Part shown: piece by piece, positions 29,030-38,665 of the stretch
Layout of the letters: each line of letters begins with the position of its first letter
Numbering within the stretch: position 1 is the first letter of the stretch
Source: an uncultured virus (IMG/VR IMGVR_UViG_3300020049_007251)
Lineage: Duplodnaviria; Heunggongvirae; Uroviricota; Caudoviricetes
DNA: 64,000 bases
IMG/VR virus record: IMGVR_UViG_3300020049_007251
Direction: 5' to 3' (one strand)
Notes under the pieces: model-generated
What the model saw: the letters and a program-made list of their open reading frames with translations, nothing else
Database searches by the model: none
What the model was told of the DNA's origin: nothing
Translations under genes and position numbers: made by a program

Positions 29030-29473
29030 TTAGGCAGCAGTAGTAATACCACAGCTTATGCCAACGTTTCCAACTGTATATGGATAGACGAGATCTAAAT
29101 ACTTCTTACCATAACCAGTTGTTAGATAACCAGAGAATGCAGGATCACCTGCAAACTTATCATTAATGTTATTTGATATTGATACTCCACCAACTGAACT
29201 AGATTCTAAGGCAAACTTTGCTAAAGATGAGAGGCCCATAGATGAATTTCTAATATTAGTAACTAAGGTATGAGCTGCTAGATATAAAAATATCGTAACA
29301 GCCTGATCACCAAATAAACTATAATTGAAGTTAGTAAAAGCTTCATTAATAGCATTGGTAATGTCTAGATCAATCACATAATCTAGGTTACTTGAGTCAC
29401 TATCTGGAGCATAAGGAAAGTCTCGATAAAACTGAGTCTTAAAAATAGCTACGGTTGGTAGTGTCCAACTCAT
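29030..29473 (-). CDS. Head-tail adaptor (DUF4054-like)
   Basis: F...F, YLAAH-x-L, S-x-SVG-x-VS, T-x-YG. Confidence 0.75.
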   Translation of the reverse strand: MSWTLPTVAIFKTQFYRDFPYAPDSDSSNLDYVIDLDITNAINEAFTNFNYSLFGDQAVTIFLYLAAHTLVTNIRNSSMGLSSLAKFALESSSVGGVSISNNINDKFAGDPAFSGYLTTGYGKKYLDLVYPYTVGNVGISCGITTAA

Positions 29474-29474
29474 T

Positions 29475-29684
29475 TTATTTTCCTTTGGTTTCTTTAACAA
29501 TTTCAATAACGGTAATTCCGGGATAGCTTACTAAATTCTTACCAAGCTTATCTGTAACTTCAATAATACCCTTACCAGGTTCAATAATCTTTTCTTCCTT
29601 CTTATGCCCAGCACTTGCTCCCTTGATTACATCTTCCGACCTAACGATAAAGGACCGGTTGGAACCATTTGTAATTCTATACAT
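29475..29684 (-). CDS. Small head-associated hypothetical protein
   Basis: AAGGAG RBS; follows the capsid gene. Confidence 0.6.
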   Translation of the reverse strand: MYRITNGSNRSFIVRSEDVIKGASAGHKKEEKIIEPGKGIIEVTDKLGKNLVSYPGITVIEIVKETKGK

Positions 29685-29703
29685 CGTTAACTCCTTTTAT
29701 TTG

Positions 29704-29737
29704 TGGGAGGGCAGGACTATTATTCCCCACCCTCCCA
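29704..29737 (-). other. Stem-loop downstream of the capsid gene
   Basis: TGGGAGGG...CCCTCCCA; no U-tract on the coding strand. Confidence 0.55.
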
Positions 29738-29749
29738 AGTCTATGGTAA

Positions 29750-30805
29750 TTAGGTTTTATCTAAGTACAAGATCTCCAATGGTTTCAAGGCCGTAACCCC
29801 TGCATATTGAGCATAGGCAACGTTCTGGAAGTTGAAGTTATTCAATGTACCAACTGCCGTTGTTTGATAGTCAACCGGAAGTTCTTGGAAGACAGTATCA
29901 ATATCACGACGCATTAAGATGTAGCGTTGTTTATTGACACCAGCCACCGTATTGTAATCATCCATACCATAAGCACACGGTAAGATCTTGAAATTACCAT
30001 TCGGGACAATCTGATTGAAAGCCTGAGTTAAGTAATTCAACATGCTAATGTTAGGATAGGTTTGAGAAAGAGGAGTAGCCAAACCTGCATATACGTCTTG
30101 AGGAATAATAAACGTATTCGGGAACCGGGTTTGATTACAGTTAGATAAGAAGGCACCGATTAAACCAGCAACTAATGTAGAGAACTGTGCTGTGCTCATG
30201 CTCTGGATGTCAGCTGGAATCAACGTGGTGTTGATATTAACATTCGGCTGAGTATAGAGACCAGGGAAGTTTGTAAGATCATCAGTATCACCTAAGAAGG
30301 CAATTTCCTGAATACCAAGATCGTAGTCCATTTTACGGGCACGTTCTTTAGCTTCAACTGGATCCCAAGAACCCGTGAACAAAGCCTGTTGAATATCGAA
30401 AATGCTGTATTCGATAGCTAAGGCCCAGTTACGGACGTAGGTGTAGAACGGTGTAACAGCAGCATCAGCAGTAGCTAATTTGCTGTTATGACCAGCCGTG
30501 TTGATCTTACCAGATTTAAAACTAGCTCCTGTTTTGATGGAAGCCTGGGTAATGATCTGAGCAGAGAATGCTCCTTCACCAGGGATGACATCAAAGTAGT
30601 CAGAAGGATTAATCTCATAGAACGATTGCTCCACGATACGTTGACGAATGTAGGTCAAACGATCAGTAGCATATTGGTATGATAAAGAAGAAGTAGCAAT
30701 ATCACCATTAGCGTTCATGAGTTCCAATCCTCTGAACTTCTTGGTATTATACTTCTCTTCCATCATTTTTTGGAACTTAGCTGGTTCAATACCTTTGTAA
30801 TTCAT
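29750..30805 (-). CDS. Major capsid protein (DUF2184/linocin-like HK97 fold)
   Basis: 351 aa; AFLGD, GL-x-x-x-PN, P-x-T-x-x-x-P, terminal G-x-x-x-x-x-P...Y-x-D; GGAGG RBS. Confidence 0.85.
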   Translation of the reverse strand: MNYKGIEPAKFQKMMEEKYNTKKFRGLELMNANGDIATSSLSYQYATDRLTYIRQRIVEQSFYEINPSDYFDVIPGEGAFSAQIITQASIKTGASFKSGKINTAGHNSKLATADAAVTPFYTYVRNWALAIEYSIFDIQQALFTGSWDPVEAKERARKMDYDLGIQEIAFLGDTDDLTNFPGLYTQPNVNINTTLIPADIQSMSTAQFSTLVAGLIGAFLSNCNQTRFPNTFIIPQDVYAGLATPLSQTYPNISMLNYLTQAFNQIVPNGNFKILPCAYGMDDYNTVAGVNKQRYILMRRDIDTVFQELPVDYQTTAVGTLNNFNFQNVAYAQYAGVTALKPLEILYLDKT

Positions 30806-30837
30806 TTTTAATTTCCTCCTTAGTTTTTATTTTAAAA

Positions 30838-31296
30838 TTATGCCAAAGCGTTAGGTGTAGGACGAATTAATACCCGAACAATATCACCTGCAGCTGAAGC
30901 TTCATCAAGGGTAATACCAATGTAGTTCTGGTTCGTAGCAGTTGCTTGAACATACTTACTAACTGAGTTCCAAGAAACTAATTGTCGTCTCGGTAATGTA
31001 CCAGCAGCAGCCATGGTAACGATTGTACCTTCCAAGGCAATTTCAGTTACATCTAAAGCAGCATAGGTAGCTTTCTTTGCATTGAAGAGAATAACACCCT
31101 GACCGGCATCACCAGAGATAGCTGGATTAACCACTGGGGTATCACCGTCTTCGGTGGCATTGAATTTAACTACGTCACCAGCTGCACCAGAAGGCGTATA
31201 AGTACTAGAAAGACGAACGGCAATAACATTAGCTGCCGGGTTCATCACTTCACCAAGTTGGTTGCTGAGTTTAAACTGATTCAATTGAATAGGCAT
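30838..31296 (-). CDS. Head decoration/cement protein
   Basis: G-rich beta protein between protease and capsid genes. Confidence 0.7.
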   Translation of the reverse strand: MPIQLNQFKLSNQLGEVMNPAANVIAVRLSSTYTPSGAAGDVVKFNATEDGDTPVVNPAISGDAGQGVILFNAKKATYAALDVTEIALEGTIVTMAAAGTLPRRQLVSWNSVSKYVQATATNQNYIGITLDEASAAGDIVRVLIRPTPNALA

Positions 31297-31326
31297 TGCT
31301 ATAACCTCCTGTTTTATTTTCGATTG

Positions 31327-32463
31327 TTAAGACTTTTTATTGGTTTTAGCTCTAAATTCAGCTGCTCTCTCTGCACGAGTTTTAGGAGCAGGAGAACCAG
31401 ATTCATTTTCTAGAGCATCAAAGTTTTTGCTTGCGTTACTTAATTCAAGGAAGAAAGCATCGGACTTAGCTTTGGAGTTCTTCTTCTCTTCTTCCTTAGC
31501 TTTTTCTTCTTCAGCTGCAGCGTTCTTTTTCTCTTCGTCCTCCTTAGCTTTTTTCTCTTCCTCTTCTTTAGCATTCTTTTTATCTTCTTCAGCTTTCTTC
31601 TTTTCCTCTTCTTCCTTCTCATTCTTGGCTTCATCTTCTTCCATCTTTTTGTCATCAGAGTTTTTCTTTTCATTCTCAGATTTCATAAGATAGCAGGCTT
31701 TGAGTTCACCAATACTGACCGTATTGCCATTCATATCAACGATGTCTTCATCTTTGGCAACATATTTTTCTTTGTCATTACTAGCTGCATAATTTTCAAA
31801 CTCTAATTTCTTGCCATTAATGCAGTACCGAAGAACGTCTGCAAGGGGAACGGCTTTGTCATTTAAAGCAACATGAAGAGCAGAAGCGTCTTCTTGTTTT
31901 TCATTCTCCTTCTTTTTGAATAATTTAAAGATTGACATTTCACTCTCCTCTTGATTGTTTAGATAATGAGCAGTCTTTCCATTCACCAGCATAGCTGGTA
32001 ACTGCTTTGTGATTTTAGAATCCTCGTACCGTGGAGAATTCACTAACGCTAAATGCGTGAATGAACCGTCAGTAATCTCTCCGTCGAATTTGATGTCGTG
32101 CCATAAACCCCCTTCTGCTACGTCTAGTACGTTATATGCGCAGGAAACTGAATATCCCTTGTCGTCGATCAAAGCCCTTGCTTCGTCGTCCGTGATAATG
32201 AAGTCTGCATAGAACCAAGCATCTTCTGAATTGAATCTTACATTAATTACATAACCAACGGCTACTTTATCGTAATTCTCAGGAGTCACATTCTGGTGAT
32301 CAATAATAACTGGTCTACCAATAAAAGTATGCTTCATCTTATCAATAGTCTCTTTTTTCAATAGGGCTATACCAGCACCAGAATCTTCATAAGAGACTAT
32401 ACCTGCCTCAAGGAATTTGCAGGAATATACTTCAGGCCAATCTTTACCATTCTTAATTTCCAT
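31327..32463 (-). CDS. Prohead protease-scaffold (DUF2213-like)
   Basis: G-x-PV-x-x-x-H, SCAY, HLALV-x-x-PRY, then E/K-rich scaffold. Confidence 0.85.
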   Translation of the reverse strand: MEIKNGKDWPEVYSCKFLEAGIVSYEDSGAGIALLKKETIDKMKHTFIGRPVIIDHQNVTPENYDKVAVGYVINVRFNSEDAWFYADFIITDDEARALIDDKGYSVSCAYNVLDVAEGGLWHDIKFDGEITDGSFTHLALVNSPRYEDSKITKQLPAMLVNGKTAHYLNNQEESEMSIFKLFKKKENEKQEDASALHVALNDKAVPLADVLRYCINGKKLEFENYAASNDKEKYVAKDEDIVDMNGNTVSIGELKACYLMKSENEKKNSDDKKMEEDEAKNEKEEEEKKKAEEDKKNAKEEEEKKAKEDEEKKNAAAEEEKAKEEEKKNSKAKSDAFFLELSNASKNFDALENESGSPAPKTRAERAAEFRAKTNKKS

Positions 32464-32818
32464 TTTGTTCCTCAACAGATTTAATCTTAGAACCTTTACC
32501 ACCTACCGTTTGTGAGTGTTTCTTTGCTGCAGCTTCTTCATTAGGTGCTTCTAAAGTATAGGCTTCCCCATCTTCCATGGTAATTTTAAACTTCTTATTT
32601 CTCTTTTCTAATATCTCATCACCTACTCCATAGTAGCCATTTTTCTTTTCAGATTGATAAGCTTTGTCTACAAAAGCCCTAGCTTTTTCTAAGGTTTCAA
32701 ATGCTCCATCAATAAATACACCACGGTCATCATAAACCATGAATCCGCCTTTATGCTCTCGGATTTCATAGTTTTTGTATTTACTATTTCTTCTTTCAAC
32801 TAACTCGTGTCTTCTCAT
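32453..32818 (-). CDS. Small head-region protein with MRRHELVE leader
   Basis: Shares N-terminus with 34580-34801. Confidence 0.7.
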   Translation of the reverse strand: MRRHELVERRNSKYKNYEIREHKGGFMVYDDRGVFIDGAFETLEKARAFVDKAYQSEKKNGYYGVGDEILEKRNKKFKITMEDGEAYTLEAPNEEAAAKKHSQTVGGKGSKIKSVEEQNGN

Positions 32819-33612
32819 GCATCTGCCCCTTTCATTTCAAACTCTTTATTAGGTAGGTTACTATCACTAGGTGGATCCAGTGGTTCAGCTAAATAAACAT
32901 TCTTACTATCTTCATTTAGTCCAGGATGAGCGGCCAAGACATCAGCATTAAATAGATGACCAGAATTAGCAAAGCTTACATGTGCATGATTAAGTCTTAC
33001 TCCCCAGTGCACATACTGAGGAATATTATTATCCAGGCATATCTGAGCAAAATAAGAATCATCAGGACAAACTTCATCTCCCTTATAAATAGGTCTTTCC
33101 AGATATTTAAAAGGAGCTACTTTAATTAGGGTCATACCAAAGCCAATTAGATCTACCTTTTGAATATCATCACCTGTATAGCCATGGAATTGTACCGATT
33201 CAAGTGTCTGCTCATTCTTATCGAATGTCTCAATTAGGCTCTTAGAAGGATCTTTCCTTAGCATAGCCTGTACTGTATATGGATACCGACGATTAGGATA
33301 AGCAGCTCCTATTACCGTCTTATTAGCATTAAATAATTTGCTAAAGCCATCCACTGGTACTCCATGAATATCATCATCAATACGAAGGATATAGTCAAAT
33401 TTATTAGCAAAAGCTACGTCCCAGATCTCGTTATTAGCAGGCCACCAGTTCTGTCTATAAGGAGCAAATAGGGCATGAGTAATACCTTCACGACGAATAT
33501 TATTAAGGATCTTGAGCAATGAATTAAGCCAGCGATCTGGATCTGGATCTAGTCCTAAAGTAGGACAAGCAATTAATACCTTAAGTGGTTTATTATTTGT
33601 CTGCATAATCAA
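32815..33612 (-). CDS. GT-A fold (GT2-like) glycosyltransferase
   Basis: VLIACPT, RIDDDI (DxD), IGFGMTLIK, DDSYF...H. Confidence 0.8.
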   Translation of the reverse strand: MIMQTNNKPLKVLIACPTLGLDPDPDRWLNSLLKILNNIRREGITHALFAPYRQNWWPANNEIWDVAFANKFDYILRIDDDIHGVPVDGFSKLFNANKTVIGAAYPNRRYPYTVQAMLRKDPSKSLIETFDKNEQTLESVQFHGYTGDDIQKVDLIGFGMTLIKVAPFKYLERPIYKGDEVCPDDSYFAQICLDNNIPQYVHWGVRLNHAHVSFANSGHLFNADVLAAHPGLNEDSKNVYLAEPLDPPSDSNLPNKEFEMKGADA

Positions 33613-34579
33613 ACTCCAACATATTAGCGGTTGATAAAACGGGGATTGCTACACAGCGGCAGTTAAAGTCTTCTCCGGGATTGTTTCGAGCTCCGGTTGC
33701 AAGATCAGTTACAGGAGGTTGATCAAACCTAAAGATCTTCCCCTGTAGATGTTTATGAGAATCACGAACACGTTGATCTCTTGAAGTACTCCACTGATAC
33801 TGATTAATACCGGCATCTTCATACCTTACCTGTCGATACTTAGATACCATTAATGATGTTTCCTGTTTAGCTAAAAACTTTGCCTTATTGTAGGACACCT
33901 TCTTTTCCGCTTGAATGTCCTGAATCAAGTTCTCTGCTCGGAAACCTTGCTGTACGTTTGAAGACACTTTTTGTCTTAAACGCAGGATTTGTTCGTCGTG
34001 CCACTTCTGAATATAAAGATCTAAGTTTTCGGTGTAGTCGTCTTTAAGCTTTTCCACCAACTCTGGACGTAAAGGAATCCCTAACTCTTTGCCTGTGACC
34101 TTCTTTGTGGTGGTGTCGAATTGCTTGTCCAACCCCTGTAAGGTTTTTCCGAAGAGCGGAGTTAAGTCACCCACCTTGATCTTTTGCCCTTCGACGGCTT
34201 TAAGGAAATCCTCGACCTGTCTTAGCTTTGCTTTTGCTTCGATGTTACCTTCTGTGATTGCCAACAGTACATCTTGGGGCAGGTCGCCAGTCTCCAGCTT
34301 ATAGGCCTTTTTTACTTTATTGTAAACTGCGCCGATGCCCCGAAGTTCTTTTGAAAGGTTTGAATTGAGTTGTCCAATGAAAAATCCTTCAACGTATTGC
34401 AATTTTCCCGAACGTAAAGCCTGGATCAAGTAACGACTGGAAGCATTCTCAACCGTCGACTTGCCTTCCATGATCTGGAAGAGAGGAGCGAAAATAGCCA
34501 AATACAAAGCATAGTAAATCTCCTTTGCAATCGGGGCTGAATAAGAATCGTGGTCGTATATTGGTTTAAGGGTGTTCAT
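33593..34579 (-). CDS. Head morphogenesis protein (SPP1 gp7/Mu gpF family)
   Basis: Y-x-WSTS-x-D-x-RVR-x-SH...PG-x-D-x-NCRC. Confidence 0.9.
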   Translation of the reverse strand: MNTLKPIYDHDSYSAPIAKEIYYALYLAIFAPLFQIMEGKSTVENASSRYLIQALRSGKLQYVEGFFIGQLNSNLSKELRGIGAVYNKVKKAYKLETGDLPQDVLLAITEGNIEAKAKLRQVEDFLKAVEGQKIKVGDLTPLFGKTLQGLDKQFDTTTKKVTGKELGIPLRPELVEKLKDDYTENLDLYIQKWHDEQILRLRQKVSSNVQQGFRAENLIQDIQAEKKVSYNKAKFLAKQETSLMVSKYRQVRYEDAGINQYQWSTSRDQRVRDSHKHLQGKIFRFDQPPVTDLATGARNNPGEDFNCRCVAIPVLSTANMLEFDYADK

Positions 34580-34801
34580 TTAGCCTTTAATAAGTTCGCC
34601 TAACGGTCTTTGAATAATTCTATTAATATCCTCTCTACGATGACTTTGAGTAATTCTTATAGAGGCAACCCCTGAAATAATTTGTTCAATAACCCCTCTC
34701 CGACCTCCGAACCCCATAACCGTATCCCCAGGACGTAGCACCCGAGTTCCCGTAGAATCATAATCTGAGTTCATCTTTTCAACTAGCTCATGTCGTCTCA
34801 T
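34580..34801 (-). CDS. Small head-region protein with MRRHELVE leader and SH3/KOW-like domain
   Basis: DSTG-x-x-x-L-x-PGD-x-V...G-x-I pattern after the leader. Confidence 0.65.
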   Translation of the reverse strand: MRRHELVEKMNSDYDSTGTRVLRPGDTVMGFGGRRGVIEQIISGVASIRITQSHRREDINRIIQRPLGELIKG

Positions 34802-36207
34802 TATTCTTTCTCCTTTGTCGGACTCTTTCCACTGCTTGGTTTTTTTGCTCCAGAAATGTCTTCACCTTCTTCTCCACCCATGTCCATTTGCTGCATCATT
34901 GGCGGTTCAGGTTCGGTACCTTTGGAAACTTCAGTCTCAATTTGAAGGATGCCTTCCTGCTTGAGCACTTCACAATATTCTTGAGGATTAAGGATGCCCT
35001 GAGAATAAAGAGAAGAATATCTAGCAAATTTAGAGGTCTTAACATTCTCTTCTTGCTCAGCTGATAATACTCTTAAAGGCTTCCATTCAATTGCCCAATC
35101 ATCTGGCACAAAGCCCCATACCTTCATCATAATGACTGGAATAATAAGCTCTAGGATCTCTTCAGCTTTCTCTCTTTCATTCTCAACAATAGCATTGTAG
35201 TTCTCAATATCATCTTCCCCACTAGCAAAGCCTTTAGCGGCTAAACCAAAGATCTTAGCCATTGGCATTCTTACTGCTGCTGCAATACCAATACGAATTT
35301 GCTCAAGCATATCAGAGAGGCCAGTAAAGGTCATAGTCTTTTGCTGGTAATCATCCTCGGCATCTAGAGTAATGGCATTAAGGAAGTTCTTCATATAAGT
35401 AGCCATTTGAATTCTCTTAGCTGTCTTACCTTGAGCTAATTGAGATAGTACCTGAGAATTAAATCCTTTGATCTTCCAAATATCTATCTTGGCCTCATCT
35501 AATAACTCAAAGATAACATTATTATTTTTAAAGTAAGCAGAGATCTCACGAATGACACATTCAATCTTTGACATACCCCAACCTTGTAGTCTCTGTCTTA
35601 CTAGAGATGGTGCCTGCTCACCAATAATACGAGCTACACGAGATTGATGCACATTCTTAGTATAATATGTAAAAGAAGCATCCTTAGAGGTGGGTACTCC
35701 ATTCCAACTTAATTCCCAACGATCAGCTGCAATTAATTCAATAGGAGAATCTTCTTTGATCTGCTTTATATTTAAAGGACTACTAAAGTTTTGGTTGGTA
35801 TTAACGATTATACCAGCTCCACCAAATAGGCCATCCCATCTCATGGCTTCTACTACCTTCTTTACTACTCGAAGCTTCTTTAATTCTCTTTGTAGATCTT
35901 CAATTTCTTCAGGACTTACTTCATCAGTCTTAATTTTAATACCGCCACGAAAGGCATCATATACTGGTTGATCTACTAGAGTACGAAGTGGACCATGAAG
36001 GACATAGGCATAAGTAAGTAATACTCTTTGAAGGGAGATAAGATTATAAGAATTATTATTGGCCATTTCATAGGGAAGAGAAGCTGCTGCTCCTCCACCT
36101 AATCCAAATGAATCAAAAACACCGCTCATAGGATTAGTTAATGGTCCAATAGAATTGTTCTTAAGAGTCTTACCTTTAAGCTTTGAATTGTTCTTCTTAA
36201 TTGCCAT
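34801..36207 (-). CDS. Portal protein (DUF1073-like)
   Basis: LFGGA, GWG-x-S, P-x-x-KIFG-x-x-x-x-GF-x-SGE-x-D-x-x-NY. Confidence 0.85.
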   Translation of the reverse strand: MAIKKNNSKLKGKTLKNNSIGPLTNPMSGVFDSFGLGGGAAASLPYEMANNNSYNLISLQRVLLTYAYVLHGPLRTLVDQPVYDAFRGGIKIKTDEVSPEEIEDLQRELKKLRVVKKVVEAMRWDGLFGGAGIIVNTNQNFSSPLNIKQIKEDSPIELIAADRWELSWNGVPTSKDASFTYYTKNVHQSRVARIIGEQAPSLVRQRLQGWGMSKIECVIREISAYFKNNNVIFELLDEAKIDIWKIKGFNSQVLSQLAQGKTAKRIQMATYMKNFLNAITLDAEDDYQQKTMTFTGLSDMLEQIRIGIAAAVRMPMAKIFGLAAKGFASGEDDIENYNAIVENEREKAEEILELIIPVIMMKVWGFVPDDWAIEWKPLRVLSAEQEENVKTSKFARYSSLYSQGILNPQEYCEVLKQEGILQIETEVSKGTEPEPPMMQQMDMGGEEGEDISGAKKPSSGKSPTKEKE

Positions 36208-36208
36208 T

Positions 36209-36751
36209 TTATAAAGCCTTCTGTATAAACCAAACTGAAGATTTGTCCATAGCCTTGAAGCTATCTCCAAAGCTTTCCTTTAATGCTCTCTGTACACCGG
36301 GATGTGCAGAATCATTATCATGACCAGCCATAATAGCACCAGGCATAAGCTTCTCGAACCAATTAAAGTCTTCCATTACTGCTTCATAGCTATGATCTCC
36401 ATCGATATAAATGAAATCAATAATACCTGGGATAAAGATCTTTTGTGCTTGAGCTGAGGTCATTACCATTGGCTTAACTTTTTCAGTTAAATTCAAGTTC
36501 TTCATATTACTACGAAAGATCTCTAATACTGATCTCAAAGAAGCTTCTGCTACCATGTGCTCCTCATTCATGGCACCTTGCCAAGTATCTACACAATATA
36601 AAAGATCAGAGTATCGAGCAATGATACTAGATGAAAGGCCTTTCCATGAACCGATCTCAACAGCACAATGAGGCCTCTTTTGTTCAACTAAAGCTTCTAG
36701 TGAAGCCATATCATAAGAGGTCATCTGAGGATCAAAGATAATATCACTCAT
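36209..36751 (-). CDS. Class I SAM-dependent methyltransferase (small-molecule/glycan type)
   Basis: VEIGSWKG-x-S, VDTW-x-G, DFIYIDGDH-x-YE-x-V-x-x-D, GHD. Confidence 0.85.
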   Translation of the reverse strand: MSDIIFDPQMTSYDMASLEALVEQKRPHCAVEIGSWKGLSSSIIARYSDLLYCVDTWQGAMNEEHMVAEASLRSVLEIFRSNMKNLNLTEKVKPMVMTSAQAQKIFIPGIIDFIYIDGDHSYEAVMEDFNWFEKLMPGAIMAGHDNDSAHPGVQRALKESFGDSFKAMDKSSVWFIQKAL

Positions 36752-37448
36752 TAGTAAGCTCCTTACGAAGAGAAGCTAATAAGGCATTGACTTCACTATA
36801 ATGTGGCCTTACGTCAAAAGCTACTTGGTTCTCAGCAATACGAATACTGACCTTATCTTGCTCACGAGTAAAGTTATGATAGTTATAATGTATAAGTTTA
36901 ATGGGTAAATAAACTACTGAATCAATGGCATCATAAATATTCTTGCACCATATATCAGCCCCCCAAGTGGGTATTCTAGCTGGAAAGATAAATCCAAGAG
37001 CTTCAAACCCTTTACGTCCTTGAAGTGGGAAGCAGCAGTAATTGCCGTGTCCTTTAGCTCTATACTCACCCAGGCCGTCCTCACACCAGCCATAGATAGT
37101 ATTTGGTAGGTCCTTGAGAATGTCATAAGCAATCACATCCCAGTCCATAGTCTCAAAGCAGCAATCATCATTAGCGGCTATAATCCACTTACCCTTTGAT
37201 TGATGAGCAAGGAAAGTATAGTAATCCTGAGAAAAATTTAGTGAACGCTTAACTCTAAAGACTTTAAAGCAAGAGTAGAATTTTAAATGGTTATAGCTAT
37301 TATCATCTTCATCTATGGCAATTAAAACTTCTACCTCACTAAGGTTTCTGGTATTCTCTAATACCGAGGTCATAAGCTTCTCAAGTAGTTCAGGTCTTTC
37401 TCTAGTAGGGAATACAATTGAGAATTTAATTTCACTATCCATAATCAC
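36744..37448 (-). CDS. GT-A fold (GT2-like) glycosyltransferase
   Basis: SIVFPTR-x-R, IDEDD, NDD, W-x-AD-x-W. Confidence 0.8.
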   Translation of the reverse strand: MIMDSEIKFSIVFPTRERPELLEKLMTSVLENTRNLSEVEVLIAIDEDDNSYNHLKFYSCFKVFRVKRSLNFSQDYYTFLAHQSKGKWIIAANDDCCFETMDWDVIAYDILKDLPNTIYGWCEDGLGEYRAKGHGNYCCFPLQGRKGFEALGFIFPARIPTWGADIWCKNIYDAIDSVVYLPIKLIHYNYHNFTREQDKVSIRIAENQVAFDVRPHYSEVNALLASLRKELTNE

Positions 37449-38665
37449 ATTACGTCATAGATACTGACGTCACCTTTCATATAAGGTTCCAATGCGTATC
37501 TTGCGGCATCACAAGCATGATTTGATTTGTCAATGGGTATTGGGAGTACTTGGTCTGTAATTCTATCAACCTTCCAGCGATAGTTTGAGAAGTCTCCGAC
37601 AGAACCTGTGCAAGAGGGATGGATGATGATAGATTCAAAGTTTTTAAGGAATTCGATTCCATCTTCTACGCTCCCTGGACCTTTCTCTGCACCGATACAA
37701 TTAAATCCTTTATTTGCCATATAAGAGATTGTATCAGGCCTGGAAGAATCACCACGAATTGTAAACTTACGAGAATGTTCAACGCTATCAAAGCAGGTAG
37801 GTAAATCATCAATCTCAATACCATACCCGTAGAACTCTCGATCAATATACAATTTACGGTCCCTAATAAACATACGAACCAAGCAACAAGGGTCAGAACC
37901 AAAACCCCAGTCTGCACCAAGGTAAAATTGGGTACCTTCACCGGCTGGTTCAAAGTCTTCAACCTTAAGCTTATTCTTAAATATAACTGCTTGACCATAT
38001 TTCTTAGGCCTGCCTCCCCAAACGTGTTCATATTTCTCAGGATCATTCTTACGACACCAATCCATTTCTCGATAGAGAACATTAGGGAACCAAGGATTGT
38101 CCCACCAATTGACAAAAGCTTTAAGGCAGTCTGGGAGATTAACTGGCTTCCCATCTTTTTCAATGAACATATTGTATGTGGCAGATTTCTCATCTTCTGG
38201 GTTGAAGCTCACGATAATCTCGGAGCCTTCCTTTCTCACTGTGGGTATAAGTACATCCCAAGAGTCTTGAGCTACCTTCTCTGCTTCTTCTACCCAACAT
38301 ATATCAATTCCCTCTGTTGACTTAACCTCTGAGATATTTTGTCTAAGTCCCTTAAAGATAATCTCAGAGCCGTATATACTCGATATAGAGTCTTTGTTGA
38401 TAAGGAAATACTTCTGAAGTTTATGAAAGTAAATACGATCAACAAGTAGACGATATACAGAATCCTTAATGCTTCCTTGAATTTCCCTAGTACACAATAC
38501 CCTAAACTTACCGAAAGCAGTCTTTTGAACAATATAGTCTGCAATTGCCCAAGACTTAGTAGACCCTCTACCTCCATATAAGACTTTATATCTAGCGACT
38601 TCATAGAGTACTGCTCCTACTAAATCCACTACTTCGATGTCTAATTTTAAGGCTGATGCTATCAT
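37445..38665 (-). CDS. terL: Terminase large subunit (PBSX-type)
   Basis: GGRGSTKS, WVEEA, GADWG, NH-x-x-DA-x-RY. Confidence 0.95.
   Translation of the reverse strand: MIASALKLDIEVVDLVGAVLYEVARYKVLYGGRGSTKSWAIADYIVQKTAFGKFRVLCTREIQGSIKDSVYRLLVDRIYFHKLQKYFLINKDSISSIYGSEIIFKGLRQNISEVKSTEGIDICWVEEAEKVAQDSWDVLIPTVRKEGSEIIVSFNPEDEKSATYNMFIEKDGKPVNLPDCLKAFVNWWDNPWFPNVLYREMDWCRKNDPEKYEHVWGGRPKKYGQAVIFKNKLKVEDFEPAGEGTQFYLGADWGFGSDPCCLVRMFIRDRKLYIDREFYGYGIEIDDLPTCFDSVEHSRKFTIRGDSSRPDTISYMANKGFNCIGAEKGPGSVEDGIEFLKNFESIIIHPSCTGSVGDFSNYRWKVDRITDQVLPIPIDKSNHACDAARYALEPYMKGDVSIYDVM

Noticed and set aside
31340..31693. Ser/Phe-rich plus-strand ORF and similar antisense ORFs (44697-45047, 50392-50886, 50932-51153)
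   Set aside because: Shadows of well-supported genes on the opposite strand.
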